This document shows, piece after piece, positions 24,375 through 37,040 of a DNA stretch of 64,000 nucleotides. Numbering within the stretch: position 1 is the first letter of the stretch; the number at the start of each line of letters is the position of its first letter. The notes below the pieces were generated by a model, which was given only the letters and a program-made list of their open reading frames with translations, made no database searches and was not told where the DNA came from. The DNA comes from Selaginella moellendorffii. Its lineage: Eukaryota; Plantae; Lycopodiophyta. The DNA lies in contig NW_003314300.1 in the NCBI RefSeq assembly GCF_000143415.4, positions 1,099,014 through 1,163,013 on the forward strand, read 5' to 3'. A program made the position numbers and the translations under genes.

Positions 24375-26559
24375 ATGGCGGAAATGCCGCTAGAAAGCTG
24401 TGGGTGTGGAGGGCTCGTCGTGAGCAGCAGATGGAATCCAGGCTTCTTCGCCAGCGCCGTGCCATTGAAGGTGTCGCTTCTCTCCAGATTGAAGCAGCAA
24501 TCCTCGCAGCGATGGCCGCGAATTCGATGCGTGAGTAGCCGCGTCACCGAGCATAGCTTGCGGCAGCAGCCTGGAATCCACATTGATGGCGGCGATGGCG
24601 CTCGAGCTCACCCGCGGCTCATGGATTGGATGCTCGAGCAGGGGCTTCCGCCGTGCAAGGTCTCGCTCAAGGAGCGCGATTTGAATGGAAAGACGATCAG
24701 ATACGTGGTTGCGAGCGAAGATTTAAAGGTAATGTATGATCTCCTGTTTTTCTTTGTGTTCTTTGGGATGATCATCGGGTTTCTTTCAGCCTGGAGACTT
24801 GGCGCTCTCAGTTCCTATGTCCTTGGTGGTAACACTGGAAAGAGTTCTAGGCAATGAAACCATTGGTGAGTGATCTTTCTCTTAGTTCTTTCGCACTTTC
24901 TCGCTTTGTTTGTGCGAATTTTCGTGTTCTCATCTTTGTTCTTGATTTTCAGCTGAATTGCTGACTACCAACAAACTCTCCGAGCTTGCATGCCTCGCGC
25001 TCTATCTTATGTACGAGAAGAAACGCGGCAAGGAGTCGTTTTGGTACCCCTTTATTCGGGAGCTCGATCGGCAGCGTGGTCGAGGACAAGTCGCTGTAGA
25101 GTCTCCGTTGCTATGGACCTCGGAAGAGCTTGACGAGTATTTCACGGGAAGTCGAATGAAGGTTTGTTCTATATTCTTTTGAGATTGTAGCTCAACTGGG
25201 AGTGTTTCCATTCTTGCAAACAGGAGGTCGTACTGGAGCGCCTCGAGGGGATTAAGCGAGAATATCAAGAGCTCGACACTGTCTGGTTTATGGCCGGTTC
25301 GCTTTTCAAGGTACTAAAAGGTTTTTTCCTTTTAGCTTTGCGTGTGAATCTGTGCATTGTTGATGGATTGACGCGCAGGAGTATCCTTTCGATATTCCAA
25401 CAGAGGCATTCTCTTTTGAGATTTTCAAGCAGGCCTTTGTCGCGGTCCAGTCTTGTGTCGTTCACTTACAGGTAAATCATCCTTCTTAATGCGGTAGTTT
25501 CACGGAGCCGTCTTAACAGTAGTTTGCAGGGAGTAAGTCTGCCTCGACGTTTCGCTCTAGTGCCTCTTGGTCCACCACTATTGGCTTACAAGAGCAATTG
25601 CAAGGCCATGCTCAAGGCTGCGGGGGACTTAGTCCGTTTGGAAGTCGATAGAGCTTACAAGAAAGGAGAGCAAATTCTTGTCTGGTACGTTTCTTGCTTT
25701 GTCATCCGATATTTTTTGAATCTAGATATTTCAGGTGTGGTCCTCAGCCAAACACGAGATTATTGCTGAATTATGGTTTCGTAGATCCAGATAATCCACA
25801 CGATCGTCTTAGTGTTGAGGTAAGCTGTGGTGTGTAAACTGTGTCTCTAAAGTATGTCATTAACTTCTCAGGTTCTGTGTGAAGGCCTCGTTAAACACTC
25901 GGGATCCATTCTACCAAAACAAGCGGATTATTGTCCAGAAGAACAACAGGCTGACAATACAAAACTTTCAGGTATGCCACTGTTGATCCAGAGAAGTTGG
26001 GTTGTTGCTCACGCAACGTCATTTGGTGCACAGATTTTCAAAGGCAGGGAGAAAGAGGCCGTTCTTGAGATGCTGCCATACTTGAGGCTTGGACACGTCT
26101 CTGATCCGTACCATATGGAATCTGTATTTTCTGCTGAAGGTCCAACTTGTCCGGTAAGTGCCACCAGCTGGAAGGAAAAACTACAGTAGAGTTGTTGTCT
26201 TATACTTTTTTTTTCTCTACAGGTGAGCGCTTGCAACGAACGAGCAGTTCTCGACCAGCTTGCGCAGTACTTTCAAGAGAGGATAGCAAAATACAAGACC
26301 ACGATCGACGAGGATAGAGCTCTGGTATGGCGTTGGCAAGTTTTTCCTCTGGTTTTTATATCGCTTTGGTTGTTCCTCGCAGCTCGAAGATGGCTCCAGT
26401 GATATCAATCCCAAGCAAAGAGTCGCGACCCAGCTGCTGCTTATCGAGAAGGAAATCCTCCACAACACTCTTGACGTTGTGAATGGATTCCGGAACCAGT
26501 TGCCGGATGGATCAGTAGCTCCTCCCTGCTGCGGAGATTTCGTCCCAAAGCTCAAGTGA
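24375..26559 (+). CDS. SAFE1: Plastid SET-domain Rubisco-LSMT-like protein (SAFE1/At5g14260-like), multi-exon
   Basis: LLTTNKLSELACLALYLMYEKK, RELDRQRGRGQ, RRFALVPLGPPLLAY, CGPQPN..LLLNYGFVD; transit-peptide-like N-terminus; GT-AG introns. Confidence 0.88.
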
Positions 26560-27623
26560 AAAACGAAAGGAAGAAGATCGATTCAACAAAAGCTTTGGTC
26601 GCGAAGAAGAATCGCGAAGGTCTAAAAGCTTGACGAGTAAAAAGAAGATCCACCCAATGGGATCGTTCCAGAGCAACCGCCAAGCGTCCCGGCATATTTC
26701 TCGGAATATACCTTTCCCCGCCATGCGGCAAGATGCCCATGTCATGTATGGGTCCGGTCCATCCACGTCATGGCACGATTTTATTATATGGCCGCGCCAC
26801 GTGGCCAGATGCAGTTCCTCGACCTTGATCAATGGTTAAAACTCGCATTTTGACGCACGGGTTGGTAAAAAATAGCAACGGCGATTGCCAGGTGCTAATT
26901 AGGGAGGTAGCACCGACGGCCACGATGGCGCCGCGGTCGTGAGATCACACCTGGGCCGTCCGATCTCACTCAGTTTCTACGCTTGTCGTTCCGTTCGGTT
27001 TCCTTTTCTCATCCTTCGCTACTAATGTGCTCTCTCCCGCCATAGCTGAGCCTTTTCTTTTTTCCTCTCTTTCTTTGTGGAAAGCCCTGGCGCCGCGAGA
27101 GAACCCTAGAACCAGTCGATCTTTCTTGGCCCAGAGCGGAGCTGGTTAGCGGCGCTGGGGCGGCGACGGGGAATAAAAAATATTTTGGCGGAGCGCGGCG
27201 CGCTTCGGTTTCTAGGGTAAGGCGATTCCTCCTCTTTGCGGCGGCGGCAGAGAAGAAATCCGTGGCGTGATTTGCTGGCAGGGATTGCAAGCGGCAGCGG
27301 TGCTGTAGATCTGGTACCGCCGTGGTCGATCCGGCTCCAGGCATCGCGAGCTCGGGGCAGGGCGGTTTCTCTAGGATCTGGCGGTTCTTTTTGGCGGTTA
27401 TTAGCGTCTTTTTGGGGTATGCTGGCGGCGACTTCTTCGCAGGGATGAGGCCAAGGAGAGATTTTCTCGACGAGTTCGTGCATGATGGCTGTGGCTAGTA
27501 GCGGCAGTGGAGGCAAGATGCTATGGGGCTCCAGATGACAGGAATCCAATTGGGCGCCGGCTTGGCGGCTTGCTCGTCGTCTTGGATATCACGGGGAGGA
27601 ATCGCGCAGGCTTTTGGTCGAGC

Positions 27624-30600
27624 ATGCGGGGTGTCGGCCCTGTCCCAGTCATGAGTCCCATGTCCAAGTCATTTCGGAAGCGTGAGCGTTCGTCTGGAGC
27701 GTCGAGAAACGTTAAGAACAGTAGCAGCAGCACGGCCACCGGGGCCTCGCCATCGAAGAAGCCCAAGCTCGCCGTCACCGATTGCTCTGGGGATCCTTCT
27801 CTCGAGAAGCAGCAGCAGCAGGAACAGGAACAGCAGCGGCAGCAGCATGAGCGCACCACCACCTCGTCGCCGGCGCTGTCCGGGGCCTCGAGCCTCTCCA
27901 CCTCGAATCATCCAAAAGTCGGGGCGGCATCGGTCTCGAGCCCATCCACGCCGGACAGACCAGGGCAGTGGTCCTTACGTCCAAGACAAAGCTCGGGAGG
28001 AATCGTGAAGAGGACCCGGAGGCTGTATTACGACGTCCACTTAACCGAGGACGACGCTACCAAGCTTCTTGGTCACCGGATTAAGATGTGGTGGCCACTG
28101 GACAAAAGGTGGTACCTCGGAGAGATTAAGAACTACGACAGTGAGCTCCGGCAACACTGGATCGTCTACGACGATGGCGACAAGGAATGGGTGAAACTTG
28201 AGGAGGAGAACTTCAGGCTCCAGCTGCTGCCCGGGGATAGCTTCGAGCGAGCTGCCAAGCCGAGGTCGTCAACGTACTGCCTCAACTCCGAGAAGGACGA
28301 GGAGGATGTCGACATCACGGCCGACGTGTGCTCTCGTCTGGTCGAACAGCCATCCTCGAGGGCGACGAGTGCGGCGAGCGAGGATAATTCATCGGCTCAG
28401 AACGTTGTTCCGGGGCCAAAGCCAGTGTCCGTGTACGCGAGGAGACGTCACTCTAGGAATGGGTCCAGGGGCAGTGGAAGCGTGCCTGTCACGTCTGCGG
28501 CTTCCACGGTTGAGACCGATACGATCGAAGTGCAGAGTCCTATTAGAGTATGTGAACCGTCTAACACTGCTCTGTCATATGAAGGTAATTGTGATCTTTT
28601 CTGGCTGCTGGTTTTTCCTGACGCGGTGGCCTTTTGCAGATCAGGAGGGTCTCTCCGTAACTTTTGGTGAAGCAGAACCGGAGCTAGGAATTATAGCCAA
28701 GGATGTAGAACAGGAGGTTAGGATGGTCGAAGGTGGTAATACAGGCTATAACAGGGAAATGGACAGCCAAAGCCTCGTCAAGTGGCCTTTGAGCAGGAAT
28801 GTAGCGGAACTATTGAGATTTATTGAGATCAGGTCTAGAAGTCGCAAAGGTACTCTAGTTGGCGGTAGACTTCTGAACCAGGTGTGGCGGGGTATGCTAC
28901 CAGTTTGGAACATGGGGAACCTTTTCGATATAAAACTGGGTCCGTCGACCGAGCTCCTCGCTTCCGGGGAAATGACCCCAACGGTGATGATGGAGTCTCC
29001 AAAGACAGGCCCGGGAGGTAGCGGATCTTCCCTCTGCATGTTGATCAGCTGGAACGGTTTCACGCTTGAGAAGAATGCGAGGTTGAAGGAGGTGCTTGAG
29101 ACGAGCTTGAGACGCATCCAGAGCGAACAGAGGAAGCAGATATTCTGGAAGAACACTATCTCGGGGTTCAAGGCTCCCAGGAGGGACTTCTCTGTCCATA
29201 CAGGATCAGGGTCTTACTTGTCGGTGACGCTGTTGAGTGTTCCATCCAATGGCCGTCAGCTGCTTATGGACCCGGTGACACAGACGACACACTCGGCCGA
29301 GCTGGTTAGCGATAGGCAGCTTTGCACCAATTTTTTCAAGAGCCTGCCTTGTTCGGCACCGGCGACGGAGCTCGTCTTCACTGCTCTCGTTGACGGCCGC
29401 CATAGTGGCTCTACGACACCTGGAGAGGTTCGAGAGACTCGCTTAAACACTAAGGCCAATTGTGCACAGACTGCTGTAAGTGTACTTTTCTTTTCTTGCA
29501 ATCTTGAAACAGCTTTTGCTATAACGTTTTTTTTTCTCATCGTGTTTTTGGTAATTCAGAGAGTAACGCCATATGCTGCTCGTTCGTCTACGGGTGACAA
29601 GGCACGCATGCTTTTCAGCAAGAACTTGCGTAAGTTTTCCCACCTGCGTAAGATCTTCCACAGCAAGTGGAAAGACCTTAGTGGCCCTGGTCTGCGGCTG
29701 TCCATCAACGAGAGCCTGGGCCTCTTTTCTTCCAGGCACCTCCCTATACTACTCAGGATACATCGGCTCAACACACAGGCAGTCTTACTTCTTCGAGCAT
29801 CCTCTTGTCAAGCTGGCACCTCCGGCAGTCCAGAGACAAGGCCCGGTTTACAGGAGCTACTTAGTATGAGCAAGAAAGGAAGGAGGACGATAAAGGGGAT
29901 TAAAAGGATAAGCCAGGAAGAAGGACTTCCCTTACCGCCACCAAAGCGTATCAGAATCGCAGTGCCCGAGCCAGCGCCGGTCCCTGCCACTCCGACCGTG
30001 GAAGAGCAGCCGAGTCAAGATGATGGTAGAGCCCGGGGAAACATCTTGAAGCTAAGAAGATGCCCGACTAAGAGAGGAGCGATGTGGTGCGTTGCAACGA
30101 GCACGGAGAGTGTCTACGATGACTTGGGGGAGTCTCCATCGTCGGGAACCTGCACAGCAAACCTTCTCATAGTTCAAAGTGACAGAGGCTGGCGAGAAAC
30201 CGGGGCTACTATCGAGCAGCAGGCCGATGGTGATACTTCGATACTCGTCGTCTCACTCAATGGCGAGGTACTTTATACTTACAAGGCCTACCAGCCCATA
30301 CAGGCGGGGATCTCCAACAAGCACACACACGCTTTGATGTGGAGGGGTGGCAAAGACTGGATGCTGGAGTTTACGGACAAGATGCAGTGGAGCTGCTTTA
30401 GAAGCATGCACGCTGCTTCGTGCGTGACAAACGCCAGGGCGCTGTCCATGAAGCACATTCCAATCCCAGGTGTTCGTGAGGTCCCTGACGACCCAGACCT
30501 TTCGGTTTCGTTCCTCCGACCTTGGGGAGGCTATATCAAACAGCCATCCGGGGAAATCGACGCCGCCTTGTCAACTTCCAGGGTCTTGTACGACATGGAT

Positions 30601-31869
30601 AGCGAAGACGAGGAGTGGCTTGATGCGCAGGCGGATGAGATCACGGACGAGGTTTTTGAGAAGACTATCCATTACCTGGAGAGGGCTGCTTATATTCAAA
30701 AGCAAGAGATCTCTCTGCCCGTCGCTGTGGAGCTGTGCTCTTCGCTAGCACCGGCGGAGGCGATCACTCTGATACACGCTCACTGGCTGGAGAGAAGGCG
30801 CAAGCACGGAATGGCATTGATACGCTGCTTTCAAGTAAGTTTTTTCTGTGTTTTTACTTGTGTGAGCTTAACTTGACTTGTTTGATTGCGCACAGGCTCC
30901 TGCCTGTGATCGGTACGAGGCCGCTCTCCAGGCGTGGAGAGACTCTTCGAAGCAAACCAACCAGCCACCCGTATTTGCGTTTTGCATGCGGCCGAATGGA
31001 TCTCATAAGATGAGCAGGCAACGTTCACAGCGAAGAATCAGTCATGTTGATCATCAATACTTGGACGACGCACAAGGTAGGAACACTGTTTAGTCATTTC
31101 TTTTCGAGTATAGCTCATGGCTTTCCTCGTCACAGGCCTCAGGAACGTGATTATCGAGCCCTTCGACTCCGAGTTCTACTCTGGCAGCCCGGGCTCGGAC
31201 GCCTTCGACGACGGCTCCTACGGCACTCCTTCGCAGAGGCTCGGTTCCAGGTCCAAAGGCAGGAAGCCCGGGAAGAGGCCGAGGAGGATGAAGTCCATCT
31301 CCGGCGGCAGCGGCAGCGAGGAGCGCAGGGGCGTGAGGACGTTCATCGCCCCGGCCACTGCCATGAACTTAATGGACGAGGCGGACCAGTTCGACGGCGG
31401 TGACTCGTGCTCGAGCATGGACTTCGATCTCAACGACGACGCTCTCGTCAAGGCCCAGCTCGCGAGGAAGGCGGCCAGGATTGCAGCATCCAAGGCGGCC
31501 CGGGCGCAGGAGCTCTACGCCGTGGCGGACGCGGCCATGAAGAGGGCGGTGGCGTGCCTGATCGAGGCGGAGGCGCTGGCGGCGGCGGAGAAGGCTGGGC
31601 GGGACAACGCGTATGCCAAGCTCGACCAGCAGCAGCAGCACGGCATGGGCGCTGCCGAGGAGATCGAAGACGATGACGATTTGCTGCTGCCTATAAGCAA
31701 CTGGACGCAGGAGTTTGGGTCGGGGCTCATACAGAAAGGTGGCGGCGGTGGCAGCGGCGGTGGCAGCGGCGGTGGTGGTGGCGGTGGTGGTGAAGCCACG
31801 GTTGCCAGCCCCCGGAAGAGCTTGAGGTACATAAACCAGTCTTCGCTTTTCAAGGGGATGGTGTCGTGA
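27624..31869 (+). CDS. Enhancer of polycomb-like protein with N-terminal Tudor domain (EPCR-like), multi-exon
   Basis: Tudor LLGHRIKMWWPLDKRWYLGEI..YDDGDKEWV; CTANLLIVQSDRGWRE, THALMWRGGKDW.LEF, IPIPGVREV, YDMDSEDEEWL (EPL1 region). Confidence 0.88.
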
Positions 31870-32320
31870 AGGAGAGAAGAGGGGGGAGAGAATAAGGCGG
31901 AGGTTCTCTCGTTTTTTTTCTTTTTTTCTTGGAGAGGAGGTGGTGATTTTATATCGGGGGTGTGATGGCTACTGGTCCAGCAGCGGCTATATGAGTGCTC
32001 CCAAAAGCTTGGAAGTTCTTGAGATCTTCTCCGCTCTCTCTTTTCTCTCGCTCTTCTCCTTGCTCGGATCGGATACTCTTCTTTTCTTCAAGTGGTTTTT
32101 GTAATATCATCCATCATCAGCATTTTGTATCAAAAGCAAGATGCGAGTTGCTTGTACAGTCTTTGTTTTTCTGGAATCAAAATCATTTTAATCACATTTT
32201 ATTTCTTTTATCTTTTTTATTTTCATTTGGATTCTGCGTGGCGACTCGAGGAAAGAATGTAATTGGCAGGAATCGAACTGATGACCAGATTAGAACCGGA
32301 TATAAAATCCCATTCGTTAT

Positions 32321-35119
32321 TTACATGATTGTATGTAAATCCTTTGACAAGGAGCTGTGGTGGATACCGTAAAAGCTGTACACGAATACGCCAATGACGA
32401 GCCATGCCGAAACTCTGAGCCAAGTGACGCTCCTGCAAATCCCAGAACCACCATAGAAAATATTATTACAAGTATCAACGAGCTTACCCAAGGTTCGCCA
32501 GCAAATACACATTAACCATTATACACAGGATAGGAAGAACAGGAACCCCAGGACAGTGAAATCCTGATAGAAACAAGCAGCTCTTAATCGTTACGTCGAA
32601 ATGCAAGCGAAGAAATGGAAGAAAAGTTTTGCGTACCTCCTGATTGTCCAAATTGGTGACGGCCCTCGTCCTGATCGATGAGCAAGAGAATGGCGCTTCC
32701 AACGAGCAACATGGAAGTTCCAATCACTCCCATAATCCAGCACAGCCAGCTACAGCGTTGCGTTAAAAGCTTGCACGAATAAAAGGAAGGCATGGAAGAC
32801 AGTACCTGGGTAATAAAGTTGCGCTTGTCGCGATGCTCAACAGCACCACTCCAATGCAAACACCAGAGATTCCACAAGCAGCGTATCTTCGTCTGCGTTC
32901 CTCCTTTTCTTTTTCTGGAATGCTCGAAAGGTGTTAGTTTCATGCTCGTCAATAGGAAAGGGACAGATGGTCTCACCGTCGTCGAGAGCAAGTCGAGATG
33001 AAGATGGCATCCCCGATTGAAGCGCGCTGTCGTCTTCCATCGTCAAATCATTGGAAGAAGAGCTGCTACTGAGAGAGGTCGCATCGTCGTCCACTTCTGG
33101 TATAGATGATTCTGAGAAAATAGATAGAATCGGAGAAGCGTGCTCTTCCTTCTTAAGATGAACTGGAATGCCCGACTTCTTTTTAACAAAGGGAACTTCC
33201 TGGGTGGGAGCCGCTGAAAGTACCAGAGGCTCAATGGGGGGAACGTACCGAAGAATCAATATCGACACGGCCACGATCGAGAAGGCCATCAGCGTGCCAA
33301 CGCTTACCTGTTTTACAACGGGTAAGTCAATCAAAAGCTCGTCACTCCCAAGAAAAGTACTAACCATTCCCGAAAGCTCGTCGACGTTCAAGAGAAATGC
33401 CATGCAGCCGGCCGCGAACCCTGTCACAACTGTGCTGTATACAGGAACTGAAGTAGCCTTGTTCACTTTGGAGAACAAAGGTGGAAGAAGACCGTCGCGG
33501 GACATGGCCATTAAAATTCTTGGCTGCAGGGAAAGAAAAGAGTGAGCAAATATTATAGTGATACTTACGCTTTACTTGTGGAAGTAGAGCTCCCAAAAGA
33601 GCCGTAGACAATGCTGCTACGGCACCAGCTGCGACAGCATACCTGGCAACATCACAATCACAATTACGTCATTATGTACACGAAGAAGAAATCAAAGCAC
33701 AAAGTCTTACATTGCCCAGTGCAACCCATTTTTCATGAAGGCGGTGGGCATGGGAGTGTCAAGATCCATTTCGTAGTAAGGTACTATCCCCACCATAACA
33801 GCGGATACCACGATATATATGCTGCCGCAAATGAAGAGCGACAGGCCAATGCCGATAGGAAGATCCCGCTGCGGATGTTTTACCTGTCACACAGAATAGC
33901 AGCACATCACTACTGCAAACATCAAAGATACGAACCTCACCTCTTCAGCGGTACTTGCAACAGCATCAAAGCCAATAAATGCAAAAAATACAGTCGCCGC
34001 GCCACTGAGAAGACCACTGACGCCAAATGGCATGTATCTGCACGAAACCATCTCAAAATCAGTATCTGTCACAATAAAACAACGAAAGATAGACTCACCC
34101 GCCGGCGAGATTGTAGCCAGGCCAGCCATTTCGAAAACCAAGCCAAGAACCCACCACTATAACAAACAGAAGAACAGAACAGTTGACAGCAGTCATCACC
34201 GTCTGGACGAATGCACTCTACCAACACGATGTAAAAGTTAGAACTTTAGTAGCTGCGATCAATCGAAAGAACCGATACCTCTCGTATACCGGTGGATAGA
34301 AGGCAAGTTACAGCGGCCACAAGTAGAAAAGCGCAAGGATCACAGACGATGCTCGTCCCGGGGATTAGTCTGCGTGACAGCCAGCCAGGTAAGTTGGCAG
34401 AACCTCCAAAAAATATGGCCTGAGAGAAGCTCAATAATTTCTTTTTCCGAAAGAAAAAAAAGGAAAAAAAAAAAAGAGTGTGAAAAATTCATACCAGATT
34501 TGGGGAAATGCCTCTAGCCACAGCAGCTCCCCCGACCGTGTACTCCAAAATGAGAGCCCATCCAATGATCCAAGCGATCCTGATCAAACGAAAAGATATT
34601 CTCCCTTGTATCATGCCGGAAGTGAAAGAACTTGAGAGAACGTACCCTTCTCCAACGCATAGATAAGCGTAGTGGTAGGCGCTTCCAGCAGAGGGGCATC
34701 TACTCGCGAGCTCTGCATAACAAAACGCCGAGAGAGCCGCGGCAACTCCAGCGATGAGGAACGAAGCTGATAGCGAAGGACCTGCCTTGTCTCGCGCCAC
34801 AGTTCCAACCAAAACATAGACTCCAGCGCCGATTGTAGCTCCAATCCCTGCAAATCTCTCAAGATCATCCCAGATCGCGAAAATTCACACGCAGTCACCC
34901 ACCTACAGCCAGGAGCTCCCAGATTTTGAGATGCTTGGCGAGCTGGGGGCTCCCCTTGCGATGCTGCTGCGCATTGGAATGCTTGCGCCGCGTGAGAGTG
35001 GAGAATCCCACACGCTTCCTGCCGCTGACCAAGAAAGGGATGTCGATCGCTGCTGAATCCGCCTCCATCGTCTCCTCGCTGCCGCCGCTCCCACTGCCGA
35101 TCTTCTTCCCCTCTCGCAT
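32321..35119 (-). CDS. Cationic amino acid transporter (CAT2/3/4-like, APC family), multi-exon
   Basis: [77 protein letters not shown]; start could be 35068. Confidence 0.92.
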
Positions 35120-35690
35120 TCTATCGAAACCTAGCTCCGGATCCCATAGACCGCCAAGGCGTGGAAAACGTGAAGCGGCAAGAATCTCACTACCGGCAGC
35201 TCAGAGCTTGAGATTCCGGGGCGGGACCATCAGATCGGCGTCAGCATTGCACAGCGCCCGCGCAGCTGCTCGACGAAAAGACCCAAGAACCCTAAAAAAC
35301 AGGGGGGCGAGTCCACACGATATTAACAAAGACAAAATTTTTGTCCTGGAACTTCCCTTGTCAACACGCGTGCAACGAGACAATGTAAAAGATCCAGTGT
35401 GTTTCGTGTCGTGTGTTCTTGATTGGTTTGCTCGAGAAGAAAATTGGAGCGAGAGAGATTTTTTTGGGGGGGGGGGGGAGTGGAGTTTCGATACTGATCG
35501 ATCCGAGAGATATATATGATGTTTCGATGCTTCAAGAGACACTCCAAGTTGGCGTTGGAAGATCTAGCTACCAAACTTTTGTTAACCTCATTTTGCTTAA
35601 TATTGCCATAAGAAACTATATTTCAAATAGTAAAAGAACATCACTCATTTTTTCGATTGTCGATACGATAGAGTTTTGTGCAGATCCAGA

Positions 35691-36626
35691 TCACAGCCAT
35701 TCCTCATGGATTAGAAACCAAGGATGGCAAACAACCTCATCCATAGTGATGCGCTCTTCCGGATCAAACGCTAACATCCTGTGCAGAAGATCAATCACTT
35801 CGATGGACATATTCGCGAGCTCAATCTCATCGCAGTCCAGGAAATACGTCTCCCTTTTCTCCACCATCTCTCTCATCACGTCCACAAACGGCGTCGCATC
35901 GGCATCGCTGCTCAAATGGCGCAGCTTCCCGAGCAAGGCGTACCGCAGCGTCATGCCCAAGCTCCAAACATCCGCCGCCGGCGTGTAGATCCCCTCAAAC
36001 ATAACCTCGGGAGCCATGAAACCGGGGGTTCCAACAAAATCCATCTCCCACGGCCTGTGCGCGTCGCAAGCCAGGCCAAAGTCCGCCAACTTTGCGTCGA
36101 GCTCCCGGCTGAGGAGAATGTTGGCGGGCTTGATATCGCAGTGGATGACCCCGTTTCTATGGATCTCCCGGAGGCCCTTGGCGACCTTAAAGAACATCCT
36201 CGCCGTGGTTGGCTCCGCGAACTTCACACCCAGGTCGAGGCTGCAGGCGCGCAGTTCCATGACGATGTGGGTCTTAGGGTTACCACCATCGCCGCGTTTG
36301 TCATCGTAATGAAGGTCCTTGACCTTCATGACACCGTCGTTCACCCTGTCCCCGGCCTTGAGCATCAGACGCACCTCTTTGGAGCCGCCGCCACTCACGG
36401 TCTTGATTGCGAACTCTTGGCCATCGCTCCTCCTCGTAGCCTTGAAAACCACACCGCCGCTTCCACAGCCCAGGAGAGCCCCCAACTCGTAGCGTCGCTC
36501 CAAATCGCTGGGCTTGATCGCGTCTCCACCTTTCGTTTCTACGTCACCTTGATGCACAAGTTTGCGTCGCTTCTTTTCCCTCTCCATCTCCACAGCTTCA
36601 GCCCTGGTCCTCGTTCGGATCCACAT
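35691..36626 (-). CDS. Intronless Ser/Thr protein kinase
   Basis: LGCGSGGVV, AIK, IHCDIKPANIL, DFGLA, GTPGFMAPE, DVWSLG. Confidence 0.9.
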   Translation of the reverse strand: MWIRTRTRAEAVEMEREKKRRKLVHQGDVETKGGDAIKPSDLERRYELGALLGCGSGGVVFKATRRSDGQEFAIKTVSGGGSKEVRLMLKAGDRVNDGVMKVKDLHYDDKRGDGGNPKTHIVMELRACSLDLGVKFAEPTTARMFFKVAKGLREIHRNGVIHCDIKPANILLSRELDAKLADFGLACDAHRPWEMDFVGTPGFMAPEVMFEGIYTPAADVWSLGMTLRYALLGKLRHLSSDADATPFVDVMREMVEKRETYFLDCDEIELANMSIEVIDLLHRMLAFDPEERITMDEVVCHPWFLIHEEWL

Positions 36627-37040
36627 TGTCTGAAAGAAAAAGAAAAAACCCTATGTAAAAAAAAATGAGGATCTCTTTTATACACTAAAAGGCTACCACC
36701 ACCTCAATATAGAAAAACATATCTTTTTAGGGTTCTTCATAGGATCACAACCTCAATATAGAAAAACATATCTTTTTAGGGCTTTTCATTAGGGTGTACG
36801 AGGAAGCACCGTACGGACGTCCGTTGAGCCACATTTTGCCCTTGTCTTCGTGAAACTTGTTTCTAATATCAACTTTCTTTGCATGCAGCACCGGCTTGCA
36901 CCCAACGAGTTCCTAGTCATGCTTCCTGAGACTTTGCAAGTAGTTTTAGCTAAATTTCTCCAATCGTTTTCCTAGGACGTTCCGTGCTTGGATTAAGATC
37001 TTTGCTTTTTATAAACTAAAAGGTTGTCAGGAAAAAGGTG

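Noticed and set aside
35781-36668. 295-aa plus-strand ORF
   Set aside because: Antisense shadow of the kinase gene.
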